Below are positions 29,101 to 38,536 of a stretch of DNA of 60,652 nt, piece by piece. Every line of letters starts with the position of its first letter. The first letter of the stretch is position 1. The DNA is from Bacteriovorax sp. (GTDB lineage: Bacteria > Bdellovibrionota > Bacteriovoracia > Bacteriovoracales > Bacteriovoracaceae): NCBI GenBank assembly GCA_036781565.1, contig DAIQAU010000002.1, positions 1 to 60,652 of the forward strand, read 5' to 3'. The position numbers were made by a program, and so were the translations under genes. Below the pieces are notes generated by a model, which was given only the letters and a program-made list of their open reading frames with translations, did not search any database and was not told the origin of the DNA.

Positions 29101-29246
29101 ATGATAACCTGAGTTTCTGAGAGGTCAGGAATTGCATCGACTTTAATATTCTTTAAACAATAGGCTCCCCAAATCCCAAGTAGAATTGAAACTATTATTG
29201 TAAGTTTGGCATTTTTCCCACACCAGGAAATGATTTTCTCAACCAT
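26136..29246 (-). CDS. cusA: Cu/Ag efflux RND permease
   Basis: DAIPDLSETQV, AVGxxxDxxxxxxEN, and a Met triad context (LYMP, PISML, IDMLSTG). Confidence 0.93.
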   Translation of the reverse strand: MVEKIISWCGKNAKLTIIVSILLGIWGAYCLKNIKVDAIPDLSETQVIIYTEWMGRSPDLIENQITYPLVTAMLSAPKVNVVRGFSMFGMSFVYVIFKDGTDLYWARSRVVEYLSKLSGQLPQGATPSIGPDASGVGWVFQYALVDKDHKYSLAEMKTFQDWYLRYWLSSVPGVAEVTSVGGFEKQYQVEIDPNRIAALKISLDQIIRAIRNSNKDVGGRTLEISEREHYVRGLGYVKDPKEIENIAVGMGPGNTPVRVADVGKVSLGPNIRRGLSDLDGNGDTVGGLVVMRQGEDASKVISAVKKKITDVKGAFPPGVELKIVYDRSDLISKAVETLRDNIIEEIILVCFIIFLFLFHFKSTFVVAITLPLSILIAMIPLYYLDISLNIMSMGGIILAVGDIVDGVVVFIENTHKKIAENTSGRPTSELAIEACKELGPSIFSSLLIIGVSFLPIFALEAQEGKLFHPLAYTKTFAMIMAALVSITVTPPLIAYFVKGNIKPEEQNPINRKLQGIYRPVLQWCLQHTKAVLIGMGTLVLVSIFGYTRLGSEFMPPLWEGDLLYMPITVPGISVTAAQDLLTRQGAAIKSVPEVETSFGKAGRFETATDPAPISMLEFTIKLKPRDKWRKGVTEDSLIAELDKAVEVPGLNRAWTKPVRGRIDMLSTGIRTPVGIKIYGKDLKVIEEIGQHLEHALNSVRGTRSVYAERIVGGNYIDFEPDRDVLGRYGLNVGDVQTVVETAIGGMEISQTIEGRERYSINVRYPRELRDDVDKLSRTLVATPTGAQIPLNQLGKFVIRSGPPMVLDENGSLAGYVYIDLKDRDPGGYVEDAKVAVKKNVLIPPGYFIQWTGQYEYLERMQARMKIVLPLTLILIFGLLYISMRSVSKTVMIMTSVPLSLVGGILLMWVLNYNMSVAVWAGAIALIGVAVETTSIMVVFLDEAWKKNKENGTLRNTQDYARATLEGAQKSLRSVLMAVSMNIFGLLPVMMATGIGADVMKRLSSPMFGGLVSLTILTLIVIPVVYMLREKRATSHE

Positions 29247-29248
29247 GA

Positions 29249-30379
29249 CTATTTCCCACCGTGTCCGCTATGACCACCGGCCGGTGATCCCTTCTGAGCA
29301 GCAGCTTGAAATTTACTTTCAGCATCGATAAGGAAGTGCGCACTGGTAACTACTTCTTCGCCTTCTTTTAAACCAGAAAGTACGACAAAAGTATTACTCA
29401 TTCGTGGTCCGATTTTTATTTCACGCGGTTCAAATTGTGTTGCATCTGTTTTAACGAAAACAATTTTTCTAACTCCTGTATCAATAACTGAGTCTTCAGG
29501 AATAGAAATTGATTCAGGAATATTTTTCTTGATGACAATGTTTGCAAACATTCCAGGCTTAAATTTCTGCCCAGGATTGTCAGTTTCAATTCTTGCTTTA
29601 GCTGTTCTAGTTTCTAATTCAATTTCCGGATAAACATAACTGATTTTTCCCTTGAAGGTTTTTCCCGGCTCGAAAGGCAATTCTATTTCTGCAACATCAT
29701 TAGTGTTAACCAACGAGACATCGTATTCATACAATGTAACTATAATCCAGACCTTTGAAAGATCCGCAATATGATAAAGCTCCATCTCTGGATTTATGTA
29801 CATTCCTTTGATTGCACTCTTTCTTACAATGAATCCGTTAACAGGACTATCAAAAGCAAGAGTTCGTTTTGAAACTCCCTTCTTTACAAGTCTGTTGATT
29901 TCACTGTTTGAGACGCCCCAAAGTTTCAGGCGCTCAAGAGCAATATTAGCTATCTCTTTTCCAGCGTCGCCCATTCTTTTTGCAGATAAATATTCTTCCT
30001 GAGTAGAAACTAAATCTGGACTATAAAGTTCGAAGAGAGGCTGGCCCTTTTTAACTTGTTTTCCCACATAATCAGCAAAGATGTTATCAATCCAACCATT
30101 AATTTTTGTATGAACATGAGCTTCTTTTGTCTCATCTGCAGTCACAGTTCCTACAGTGCGGATTGTGTATTCTCCTTTTTTCTTTTCAGCTCGAGATGTT
30201 TTTAAACCAATTTTTTTTTGCTGTTCGAACGGAATATTTACCGGAACACGCATTTCTTCAGTTTTCTTAACTTCCGCTTTTTTTACTTCAACTTTTTTTG
30301 CAATGTTAGATTCATGCTGATGTTGTGCCATTAGTACTGACGATTGAATCGACAAAAGAAATACCAAAAATATTTTCAT
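29249..30379 (-). CDS. cusB: CusB-type periplasmic adaptor
   Basis: YSPDLVSTQEEY, IADLSKVW, KPGMF, SAHFLIDAES. Confidence 0.9.
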   Translation of the reverse strand: MKIFLVFLLSIQSSVLMAQHQHESNIAKKVEVKKAEVKKTEEMRVPVNIPFEQQKKIGLKTSRAEKKKGEYTIRTVGTVTADETKEAHVHTKINGWIDNIFADYVGKQVKKGQPLFELYSPDLVSTQEEYLSAKRMGDAGKEIANIALERLKLWGVSNSEINRLVKKGVSKRTLAFDSPVNGFIVRKSAIKGMYINPEMELYHIADLSKVWIIVTLYEYDVSLVNTNDVAEIELPFEPGKTFKGKISYVYPEIELETRTAKARIETDNPGQKFKPGMFANIVIKKNIPESISIPEDSVIDTGVRKIVFVKTDATQFEPREIKIGPRMSNTFVVLSGLKEGEEVVTSAHFLIDAESKFQAAAQKGSPAGGHSGHGGK

Positions 30380-31773
30380 TACATATTCCCCATACCTGAA
30401 CCCGAACTTTGATTAAGTCCCGAACTATTCTCTTTTGATTTTTTAGAAGTAGCACCACTCATTCCACCGCCCATATTGACTGTCTCAGACATACCCGAAG
30501 ATCCCCCCATTGCACCTGAACCAATCAAGCTTGGTCTAGATGGAGCGAATCTAAATAAAGGAGGGGCCGAAATAAGATTTTTTGTTCTTAGTCTGGCGAG
30601 TTCAACATCAATCTGAGCTGCAATTAATTCCAGTCTCTGAGTTTGTTCTACTTTTAAAGTTTCAATTAATTCTTTGAGCGCTAGCTTTCGGGAAGCATAT
30701 CCAGACTTTGCATTTTGAACAGCAAGCTCTGTTGCAGGAATAACCGACGTAAGATAAAGATCGACCACGTCTTTTGCCGATTTAAATTGTTCTTGTGCGT
30801 CCAGTTCTTCTACCTTTAACCTGTTTTCTATTTTTCTTTTTTCAAGTTCAGCTGCTTGTTTGTCTAAGGCTGCAGCATCAACCTGATCAGATTGTTTTCT
30901 CCAGAAATAAAGTGGAATATTAATTCCCACCATAAAACCCCAAGTCTTTTTTTCATCCATCATTTCTGGATCAGGTTTCATGGCCATCCCTTGTAAAACG
31001 AAATCCGGCAGATATGAAAGTTTTGCTAATTTTAATTCGCTCGCAGATTGACTTAAAAGCAGGTCGAGCGATTTAAGTTCAGGTAAAGACTGAAAAGAAG
31101 GCTTCTCCAACTCACCTTGATTTGAGAATTGAGCTTTTAAAACAATAGGAGAATTTTCATTTGACTGTTGATTGAGCAATTCAAAATAAGAAGCACTTAA
31201 TGTTTTATTTTCACGCTGCAAACGCAGGCGATCTACGTTAATTAGATTAAGTTCAATTCGTGACAACAGCCAGTCGTGATGTTCTGAACCACCTGTCTGA
31301 TAACGAACTCGTGCACTCTCAGAAGAACTTTCTATTAGACTACGAATTTTTTCATTGAGAAGTAGAGCTTGTTGGCTGTAATAAAGTTTGTAAAAAACCT
31401 GAGCGGCCAGAAGAACTGTTTCTCTTTCGGTTGTTTCACGATCGCTCTCTGCTGAATTTGCTCTATACTCAGCAATATCTTTTTTAAGTCCTAGTTTTCC
31501 CGGAAAGGGAATTGATTGACTGACTTGATAACGAGTGACCGCTCCCATTCCGCCGTCAAAAGGAATTTCATCTTTTCCAATTGCAACAAAAGGATCATCC
31601 CATGTTCCAGCAGGAGCAACTTTCGCCTTTAATGCTTTCGCTCTTAGTTCATAAGCCTTCAGGCCAGGGTTAGATTGTTTCACTTGAGCAAGATAATCTT
31701 CCAGCAATATCTCCGTAGAGAATAGTTGATTGGAAAAAAGCAAACTGAAAAGTAGAATGGTTTTTAATTTCAT
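30379..31773 (-). CDS. cusC: Outer-membrane efflux factor (TolC/CusC) with Met/Gly-rich tail
   Basis: SQSIPFPGK, YLPDF, INIPLYF; upstream of cusBA. Confidence 0.85.
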   Translation of the reverse strand: MKLKTILLFSLLFSNQLFSTEILLEDYLAQVKQSNPGLKAYELRAKALKAKVAPAGTWDDPFVAIGKDEIPFDGGMGAVTRYQVSQSIPFPGKLGLKKDIAEYRANSAESDRETTERETVLLAAQVFYKLYYSQQALLLNEKIRSLIESSSESARVRYQTGGSEHHDWLLSRIELNLINVDRLRLQRENKTLSASYFELLNQQSNENSPIVLKAQFSNQGELEKPSFQSLPELKSLDLLLSQSASELKLAKLSYLPDFVLQGMAMKPDPEMMDEKKTWGFMVGINIPLYFWRKQSDQVDAAALDKQAAELEKRKIENRLKVEELDAQEQFKSAKDVVDLYLTSVIPATELAVQNAKSGYASRKLALKELIETLKVEQTQRLELIAAQIDVELARLRTKNLISAPPLFRFAPSRPSLIGSGAMGGSSGMSETVNMGGGMSGATSKKSKENSSGLNQSSGSGMGNM

Positions 31774-31853
31774 TTAAGCTCTGGTTGAATATTTTTAAAA
31801 AATTTAAATGCGAATCAATATATTTACTATGACCTAAATCAATTTCTATTTTT

Positions 31854-32954
31854 TTATAGATAAAACTGGCCCATAATCCAGTAAAGGTTATCTTTAGAAG
31901 AACTGGCAGTACGGGCTTCTCTTTGAATTGCACCGGTAATTTCTATGTGTGGCCTAGGAAAAAAACGCGCGCCTAGGCCAATGGAATGAAGCTCTGAATT
32001 TTTATTTTTGAAATTGAGATACTTCTGATCAAAAGAAAGAAAAGGAATTATTCCTTTATATACCTCGTAATTAAAGCGATGACTCATGACTGCGCCGTTC
32101 GTATTGGCATGATTGGCTTTCGTGACTGCTGACTGAAAATCAATTTCTGACATTAAAAAAAACTGCTTCGTAAATGCTCCGATTCCCCACAGGCCGCCAA
32201 CCATTCGGCGTTGTCGAGCATTGGTGCCATGATATAAGCTAAGCCCAATTTTGCTTTTGTCCAGTTTCAGACTTCCGTTAAAAGCAATTCCTCTTTCATC
32301 ATTCCGAAAATAATCATCAGTTTTCAAATCAGTCACTATTGTCAAATAGGTATTGAAATTTTCGGCAAGATAAGAATACTCAGCATTGTATGATTCAGTA
32401 TCGTAAGAAAAATTCAAAGCATTGCGAACAAACATGTAATGGTTGGGATCGTCGAGGCCATATGACTTGAGAAATTTTCCCAATCGTAAGTTTTGATGTT
32501 TATCGAAGCGGCCAAGAATATAGTGCCTTCTACTGAATACATGCCCGCGACTCTCTAGACCACTTCTTACTTCCTGTCTCCCGACAGTTCCGAGAATGGC
32601 CCAATGCTTTTCATTATATGCGGCTTCTGCATCCGCTTGCATAAGAATCGTTCTGGCTTCATTGACTTGATCATTCTCTCGCAGAACCTGCAAGCCTCGA
32701 ATGTAAGCTGCAAGAAGAACTTTATCGCTTTTACTTAGAGACGGTATCGCATTATAAGCAAAATACTGTTCGCCTTTTACTGAAGATGTACTGAGTAACT
32801 CCTTAGAAAGCTCTCTTCCATAAAGAGTCAGCGCTCCTCCGCCGGCAGGACTGAGATGGCATGATGTACAGTTAAAATAACCGTGCCGGGACATTTCAGG
32901 AAATCCCCAGGCATTAAATGAAAATGTAAAAATGAAGACGAAAAAAAATTTCAT
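31854..32954 (-). CDS. Outer-membrane beta-barrel with N-terminal c-type heme motif
   Basis: Signal peptide, CTSCH, amphipathic beta-strands, terminal QFYL. Confidence 0.75.
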   Translation of the reverse strand: MKFFFVFIFTFSFNAWGFPEMSRHGYFNCTSCHLSPAGGGALTLYGRELSKELLSTSSVKGEQYFAYNAIPSLSKSDKVLLAAYIRGLQVLRENDQVNEARTILMQADAEAAYNEKHWAILGTVGRQEVRSGLESRGHVFSRRHYILGRFDKHQNLRLGKFLKSYGLDDPNHYMFVRNALNFSYDTESYNAEYSYLAENFNTYLTIVTDLKTDDYFRNDERGIAFNGSLKLDKSKIGLSLYHGTNARQRRMVGGLWGIGAFTKQFFLMSEIDFQSAVTKANHANTNGAVMSHRFNYEVYKGIIPFLSFDQKYLNFKNKNSELHSIGLGARFFPRPHIEITGAIQREARTASSSKDNLYWIMGQFYL

Positions 32955-33550
32955 TTGATAACTTCTGAAGCTGTTCCTTTAAATAGTGCCTTTACTGAAA
33001 CTTCATCTTCGATGGTGATTCCTGCAAAGCTTGGAACATCTATTCCAAAATCCGAAATTTTAATTTTAAAATCAACTTTACCTGTAACCTCATTTCCTTC
33101 TTTCTGAAGATCAGCCAAACAGACTACTTTCTTTTCTTTACCGTGAAGGGAAAGAATTCCTTCAATGGATTGCTTCTCTATTTTGGAAATTTTTTCAGGA
33201 AATCCCTTAGGTAAAGAAACTCCACTAATTTTTAAAATGGCTTGATTGAAACCAGGCTTTCCTGTTTCGAGATATTTTTCTTTCATGTGCTCATTGCGAG
33301 TATCGAGATCTGTATCAAAATCATTCAGATCAACAACAACATTTCCAGAAAGACTGTCGTCACTAAATTTTAAATTGCCAGTTCCTTTTCCTTTAAGTCC
33401 CTTGATAGTTAAAAGAGAAGGATTTCCTTTGGCCTCAAATTCAACTGGACTTTTTTCTTTATTAAGATCAACCTGCAAAGTTTTTCCAAAACATTGCAAA
33501 GAAAAAATATGAGAACAAATAAGCGAACAAACAAAAAGATTTTTTTTCAT
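32951..33550 (-). CDS. YceI family lipid/quinone-binding protein
   Basis: DTDLDTRNEHM, GILSLHGKEK, KISDFGI. Confidence 0.9.
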   Translation of the reverse strand: MKKNLFVCSLICSHIFSLQCFGKTLQVDLNKEKSPVEFEAKGNPSLLTIKGLKGKGTGNLKFSDDSLSGNVVVDLNDFDTDLDTRNEHMKEKYLETGKPGFNQAILKISGVSLPKGFPEKISKIEKQSIEGILSLHGKEKKVVCLADLQKEGNEVTGKVDFKIKISDFGIDVPSFAGITIEDEVSVKALFKGTASEVIK

Positions 33551-34251
33551 TTAGCACCTTTATTAATCCATTCTTTGATAATTTCAATTTCTTCCGGACT
33601 AACCGGACTCATTCCAGAGTCTTTTGGCGGCATTGGTTTTGTCGAATTTTCCCAATCAAGTGAAAGGATCAAGCCGCTTTCATCAGCATTTCCTGGAATA
33701 ACAATTTCAAGAGGAGAATCTATCATCTCTTGAGGTGTATTGAGTGGAACTCTTGAAGCTTTACCATCCGGTTTGTGACAGCTCAGACATTTGCGATCAA
33801 TAATAAGTTTTTTAATAGATGCAAATTCTGGTTTTAAAACTTCAACCGGTGAAGGTGGTGGTGTATCAGTTCCATTAAGTGGTGTTTCGGGGCCACCAGC
33901 TTTTACCCAGGCCGCGAGAAGTAAATACTCACCGGCCGTCAAAGGTTCGTTGCCTGTTTTGGGCATTGTTTTATTTATCAATGAAGATTTTGCAATCTGA
34001 TCAAGATGCGATCTTGCACTTGAGTAGCTTTCAAGATTAACTCCACCTGAATTACCATGACATGAAATACACTTAGGAAGAAAAACTTTATTTTTCACTT
34101 CCTGATAAGAAATAGATTCCATCAATTCACGCGAAACAATAATAGAATTGAGATCGGAATTATTTTTATTAATCCGATAACTACAGCCTTCGAATAGCAA
34201 TCCGAAGGCCGATAAGAAGAAAAATTGAGCCGAGAATTTATTTAATCTCAT
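33547..34251 (-). CDS. Diheme cytochrome c lipoprotein
   Basis: Lipobox FEGC; CISCH..MP and CLSCH..MPP..WINKGA (planctomycete cytochrome c-like). Confidence 0.85.
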   Translation of the reverse strand: MRLNKFSAQFFFLSAFGLLFEGCSYRINKNNSDLNSIIVSRELMESISYQEVKNKVFLPKCISCHGNSGGVNLESYSSARSHLDQIAKSSLINKTMPKTGNEPLTAGEYLLLAAWVKAGGPETPLNGTDTPPPSPVEVLKPEFASIKKLIIDRKCLSCHKPDGKASRVPLNTPQEMIDSPLEIVIPGNADESGLILSLDWENSTKPMPPKDSGMSPVSPEEIEIIKEWINKGAK

Positions 34252-34825
34252 AGGCCTCAAATGTTCCATCCATTTTCAGATAAACATAAAGATGGTCTTG
34301 TGTTTCTTTTGAAGCAATTTTTACAACAGCAACATCATGGCCGCCTCTCGATCCTTTACTTAGCTCCATCGAAATAAATCCAGTGTGGAAAGGTTTTACA
34401 TCTGCTTTCGTTTCATTGTTCTCAAGAACAAAATGCAATCCATTCTCAACTAAAGTTGAAGGATCTTTATCCGTCCAGACAGGTGCATTGGCTGCAGCAG
34501 AACCAGTCTTAACGTTAAAGCTTAAAGCTTTACCTTGATCGTCGAGAAAAATCTCAACCTGATTTTTTGTTCCGTCAGCACCTGCATATTGAGAGACAGT
34601 TGAAAGGAAGGCTGGATCAGTGACTTGATTTTTAGTCAGCTTTTGCAATTCGATAGTATGAAGTTTAGAAATAAAAGTGCTGTCAATTTTTTTCAAATTC
34701 ACAAGTCTTTCAATTCGGTGAGAAGAAAGCTCCGCTGCTCTTGCTGCAGCGATTGTTGATTCAACATCAGCAAAAGACGGTGAAATTGAAAAAGCCAGAA
34801 ACAAAGGGAGAATTAATTTTTTCAT
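34238..34825 (-). CDS. Secreted hypothetical protein
   Basis: Signal peptide (SFA|D), AAGGAG RBS, two similar alpha/beta halves. Confidence 0.7.
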   Translation of the reverse strand: MKKLILPLFLAFSISPSFADVESTIAAARAAELSSHRIERLVNLKKIDSTFISKLHTIELQKLTKNQVTDPAFLSTVSQYAGADGTKNQVEIFLDDQGKALSFNVKTGSAAANAPVWTDKDPSTLVENGLHFVLENNETKADVKPFHTGFISMELSKGSRGGHDVAVVKIASKETQDHLYVYLKMDGTFEAYEIK

Positions 34826-34842
34826 AGTGACTCCTTTATAAA

Positions 34843-35754
34843 TTAAAGACCGCAGTTATTGGATTTGTAAGCTTCGGGATCAAGATCAAGACGTCCCATT
34901 CTGATTCCCTCGCCTTTTATTTTTTCATACGGAACTTTATCTGAGACAAGTATGTCTGAGACAATATCGTGAAGCATGTGATTGTTGTCAAAAGCTCCAC
35001 CGAGCATAGGAAACATTTTGGCAAATGTTGGGGCCACTTGTCTCACCTCAGGCATCATGTCAAAATCCGCCGAATCCGGTAAATCTGAAACAAGTTCCCA
35101 GAAATCAGCAATTGCCTGATTAACGTTCGCATCTCTCTCCATTTTTGTTTCGGCCATCAAGGCTTCATATAACTTTATCTGAAACCAATGATAGCTCCAG
35201 ATTAAGAGATTGAAGTTTGGATATGTTTGTCTGAATGCCTTGGAAAAATAATGTCCATCCATGAAGATCATGGTTTTACATTGTTCTGTAATCGCGAGAG
35301 CTTTGTTGGCCTTATATTGATTGAATAATTCATACACACGTTTTTTTAAGAGTGGTCCTCTATCCGGTGTCGTTACTAGAGCATCAAATACGAATTGATG
35401 CAATAAATGTGACCAGTCGAAAAGATTTATTAAAAGAGGAAATTGATAAACGTAATTAGGAGCAATATCGGCTTCATCATTTTTAATTTCCGGTGGATTT
35501 TTTAAAATAACGAAGATGTCTTTCAATAGTTCTTTCTCAAATTTTTCTGGGTCAGAAATTTTTCCGCGATTGACCAACAATCGTTCGTAAACGAGAGCAT
35601 GACCATAATCAAATGCATATAGAAGTTTTTCAGCTTCAGGATATTCTCTTCCGAAAGAATAGGCTTCAGGCGGAAGCGGATACCAGATTGTTTCAGCTTT
35701 CGAGATCATCGAAGATACAACAATGAAAAATGATAAAAATATTTTTAATTTCAT
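34843..35754 (-). CDS. Secreted helical His-motif protein, putative dinuclear metalloprotein
   Basis: FDYGH, WSHLLHQ, WSYHW, DNNHMLHD. Confidence 0.65.
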   Translation of the reverse strand: MKLKIFLSFFIVVSSMISKAETIWYPLPPEAYSFGREYPEAEKLLYAFDYGHALVYERLLVNRGKISDPEKFEKELLKDIFVILKNPPEIKNDEADIAPNYVYQFPLLINLFDWSHLLHQFVFDALVTTPDRGPLLKKRVYELFNQYKANKALAITEQCKTMIFMDGHYFSKAFRQTYPNFNLLIWSYHWFQIKLYEALMAETKMERDANVNQAIADFWELVSDLPDSADFDMMPEVRQVAPTFAKMFPMLGGAFDNNHMLHDIVSDILVSDKVPYEKIKGEGIRMGRLDLDPEAYKSNNCGL

Positions 35755-37328
35755 AGCCCCACCTCAAGATTGGCGTAATAACCTGTGAGCATAAGTCGAT
35801 TAAATTTTCCTGTAGAAATTAAATACTCATATTGTGAAGCAATTTTCTGAGCTTCATATTTAATAATCTCTTCTGCATTATCAGCTAGCTCATCCAACAT
35901 GTTTTCATTGAGTGAGTCCCCTAAAAGAATTCTTTTAGATAAAATATCTCTGATTTTGTATGCCTTTGCTAAATATTGAGTAGAAAGTTTGTACGAACGG
36001 ACAGCTGTGTTGCTTTCATTAGTTGTATCACTGCAGCCTTTATTTAATTGTGACAAGATTTCCTGACGTTTAACTTGAAGTTCTCTTTCGTAAGACTGGC
36101 CGATTCTAATAGAGCTTGGAATACCAAAGCCGATTCCTCCTCCATTCGGATCAAGAAAAGACCAAATCCTCTCTTCAGTCTGATACTTACTTGCTGTGAT
36201 CATAAAATCCAATGAAATGAGTTCAAAAGAATTCTTTGAGACAAAAGTTACACATGCATCTGCAGTTTGAACTTGAGTTGTAGAAAGTTCTGGCAAAGCA
36301 GGTGGATTAATTACAATCGAAGTTTGAACCGGTATATTTACCGAGGAAGCAATTAGTGTACTTTCTTCTTGTACATAGAGATTGAGCTGTTCAAGATCAA
36401 GCTCGATTGCTCCGATCTTCATGGCAAAAAGCTCTGAAGTTCCTTGCGGAACCGTTCCCGCCTCCTCTTTCATTTTTACATTTTCCAAAACCATGCCAAG
36501 CCATTCCACTTGCGTGGAAAGGAGCTTAACCAAAGAAACGTTTCTCAAATGAACGTAAAGAAGTCCTTCTACTCCATTTAAAATATTTCCTCTCATTGAT
36601 GCATAGGATTTTTTCTCTGCATTTAAGAGTTCTTTTGCTTCTTTAAACTGGTACCAATTGGACGGAAACAAAAAGGGTGCAAGATTCCCTACAGCGCCAA
36701 CAAAAGCCTCCGGACTTCCGGTTGCGAAACCAAGTATAGTTCCTGCATTTAATTTCGGGAGTAGATTACCGATAGCGCTCTTTACTTGCTGTCTGGAACG
36801 AAATAAATTTTCGGCATTTTGCTCGAGCGTAAAATTCAAAAATTTTGCTCTTCCCAATAATTCTTCCACTGAATACTCATTCTTTACAGACTGTGCTGTA
36901 CTCTCAGAATTTTTTGTTACTGAAATCTTAAATGAATTTGATGGCAAAACGAGGTCCTCAAAATTCAGATTTAATTTATTTTTGTCCAGACAAAGATTGA
37001 ACTTCACATTTTTTGAATAAGACGAAATGCAATTTTCATCTTTTTCAAATTCCAGATAATAATTTTTATTATTATGAGTAAAAGAAATCTCATTGTCTTT
37101 ATCGAGTTCAAAAAGAAGATTCATTGGTTGCTTTGAAATATTTAACTCATTAATTACCACTTCAAAACTTTTTCTTTTTAGACTTTTATCAGCTACGAAT
37201 GCGACAACATCTTTTTGTAATCCATTTTGTAAAAGAACACCTTCATATTGCCCTTTAAGATCCTTTGTATTTTTACAGCTTGCCAGAAAGAAGGCCGCTG
37301 TAATCCCAATTATTAGTTTAATTCTCAT
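35751..37328 (-). CDS. Atypical TolC-family protein fused to an N-terminal lipoprotein domain
   Basis: Lipobox LASC, beta-rich N-domain, then NLLPKLN..APFLFPSNW and OEP-like helices. Confidence 0.7.
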   Translation of the reverse strand: MRIKLIIGITAAFFLASCKNTKDLKGQYEGVLLQNGLQKDVVAFVADKSLKRKSFEVVINELNISKQPMNLLFELDKDNEISFTHNNKNYYLEFEKDENCISSYSKNVKFNLCLDKNKLNLNFEDLVLPSNSFKISVTKNSESTAQSVKNEYSVEELLGRAKFLNFTLEQNAENLFRSRQQVKSAIGNLLPKLNAGTILGFATGSPEAFVGAVGNLAPFLFPSNWYQFKEAKELLNAEKKSYASMRGNILNGVEGLLYVHLRNVSLVKLLSTQVEWLGMVLENVKMKEEAGTVPQGTSELFAMKIGAIELDLEQLNLYVQEESTLIASSVNIPVQTSIVINPPALPELSTTQVQTADACVTFVSKNSFELISLDFMITASKYQTEERIWSFLDPNGGGIGFGIPSSIRIGQSYERELQVKRQEILSQLNKGCSDTTNESNTAVRSYKLSTQYLAKAYKIRDILSKRILLGDSLNENMLDELADNAEEIIKYEAQKIASQYEYLISTGKFNRLMLTGYYANLEVGL

Positions 37329-37336
37329 ATACTCAC

Positions 37337-37930
37337 CTATTTAATTAAAATGGCCTTAAATTCATTCCATCTGTATCTAAACTCAGGGTCAACCGGAAGC
37401 ATGATTGTCGGGTCTTTTACTGTGTACTTTAAATATGTATCCCAGGTTTCTTGCTTACCACCGTTGTCAGGCCAACCTGGGTTAATCGGACCAGTACATG
37501 AGTAATCATTTGCGACAAGATAGATATTTAAAATTATTTTTGGAAATAAGGGCGACTGATTACCAGAATAACGATTGTCTTGCCCTTTGATAAAAATACA
37601 GGTTAATGGAAGAAATTCATCACCAATTGAAATTTTAGATCCGTCCTTTAGAAAAATGCGATCATAAAATGTTCTGTAAAACAGTGAGGGATTGCTTGAA
37701 TCAATAACTAAATTGCTAAACTTAGGTGATGAATAAATTGGTTCAGACTCATCCTGCTCATATGAAAAATAAGTATCGCTTCCATCTGGCAAGGCGATTT
37801 TAAATTCGCCAGATTTTCTGACCATCAAAGTTAATTCTCGATAATATTTTAAGTCTTGGGCCAGCTGAGTTTCACCGCTGAACGCGTTGATAGAAATGAG
37901 GAACAAAATAAAGCTTAACTTCTTATACAT
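37337..37930 (-). CDS. Secreted hypothetical protein
   Basis: GAGG RBS before MYKK, signal peptide, Cys pair, CTGPINPGWP motif. Confidence 0.7.
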   Translation of the reverse strand: MYKKLSFILFLISINAFSGETQLAQDLKYYRELTLMVRKSGEFKIALPDGSDTYFSYEQDESEPIYSSPKFSNLVIDSSNPSLFYRTFYDRIFLKDGSKISIGDEFLPLTCIFIKGQDNRYSGNQSPLFPKIILNIYLVANDYSCTGPINPGWPDNGGKQETWDTYLKYTVKDPTIMLPVDPEFRYRWNEFKAILIK

Positions 37931-37940
37931 AGCCACCTCG

Positions 37941-38297
37941 TTAAAAGAAATCCATGATCTCATCAATCTTTTCCTGAGCTTCAAATTGATCTGTAGATTC
38001 AATTGCCGTTTTTACGCACGATTTAATATGAGTGTGCATTATTTCTTTTTCTAAAGATTTTAGCGCGGAAGTGGCTGCTCTGATTTGAAAGATAATATCG
38101 AGACAGTAGCGATTATCATCTATCATCTTATCAATTCCATCCAACTGTCCTTTAACTCGGTTCAGTCTTCTTTTTTGAGCAGTATGGCTAGGGAAATGAT
38201 GCTTTCCATCTCCCACCTCGTGACAAGAATCACTTTTTGTAGAATGTTTATGTGCTTTTGAGACGTGAATTGTTTTCTCTGTTTTCTTTTTAATCAT
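37941..38297 (-). CDS. csoR: CsoR/RcnR family metal-sensing repressor
   Basis: RLNRVKGQLDGI..RYC..QIRA...H..SC (Cys-His-Cys); His-rich N-terminus. Confidence 0.9.
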   Translation of the reverse strand: MIKKKTEKTIHVSKAHKHSTKSDSCHEVGDGKHHFPSHTAQKRRLNRVKGQLDGIDKMIDDNRYCLDIIFQIRAATSALKSLEKEIMHTHIKSCVKTAIESTDQFEAQEKIDEIMDFF

Positions 38298-38322
38298 TTT
38301 TTCTCCGCTTATAATCAAGTAT

Positions 38323-38337
38323 TACCCTATAGGGGTA
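38323..38337. promoter_or_regulatory. CsoR operator 1
   Basis: TACCCTATAGGGGTA, a C/G-tract pseudo-palindrome upstream of csoR. Confidence 0.8.
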
Positions 38338-38479
38338 TAGTATGGCAAATCTAGCCATTGTAAAAAATTCTTACATTTTAATTACACATCGATTTGATCC
38401 TTGCCTCCCAATGGAGAACCCCTTTAAATCAACTGACAAATATCACAAGCAACGCCTGACACGGCACATATTTTCAATA

Positions 38480-38494
38480 TACCCTTCAGGGGTA
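38480..38494. promoter_or_regulatory. CsoR operator 2
   Basis: TACCCTTCAGGGGTA upstream of the divergent 38537 gene. Confidence 0.8.
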
Positions 38495-38536
38495 TAGTAA
38501 TAATAGAATATCAACCCTGCAAGCAAAGGAATACGT

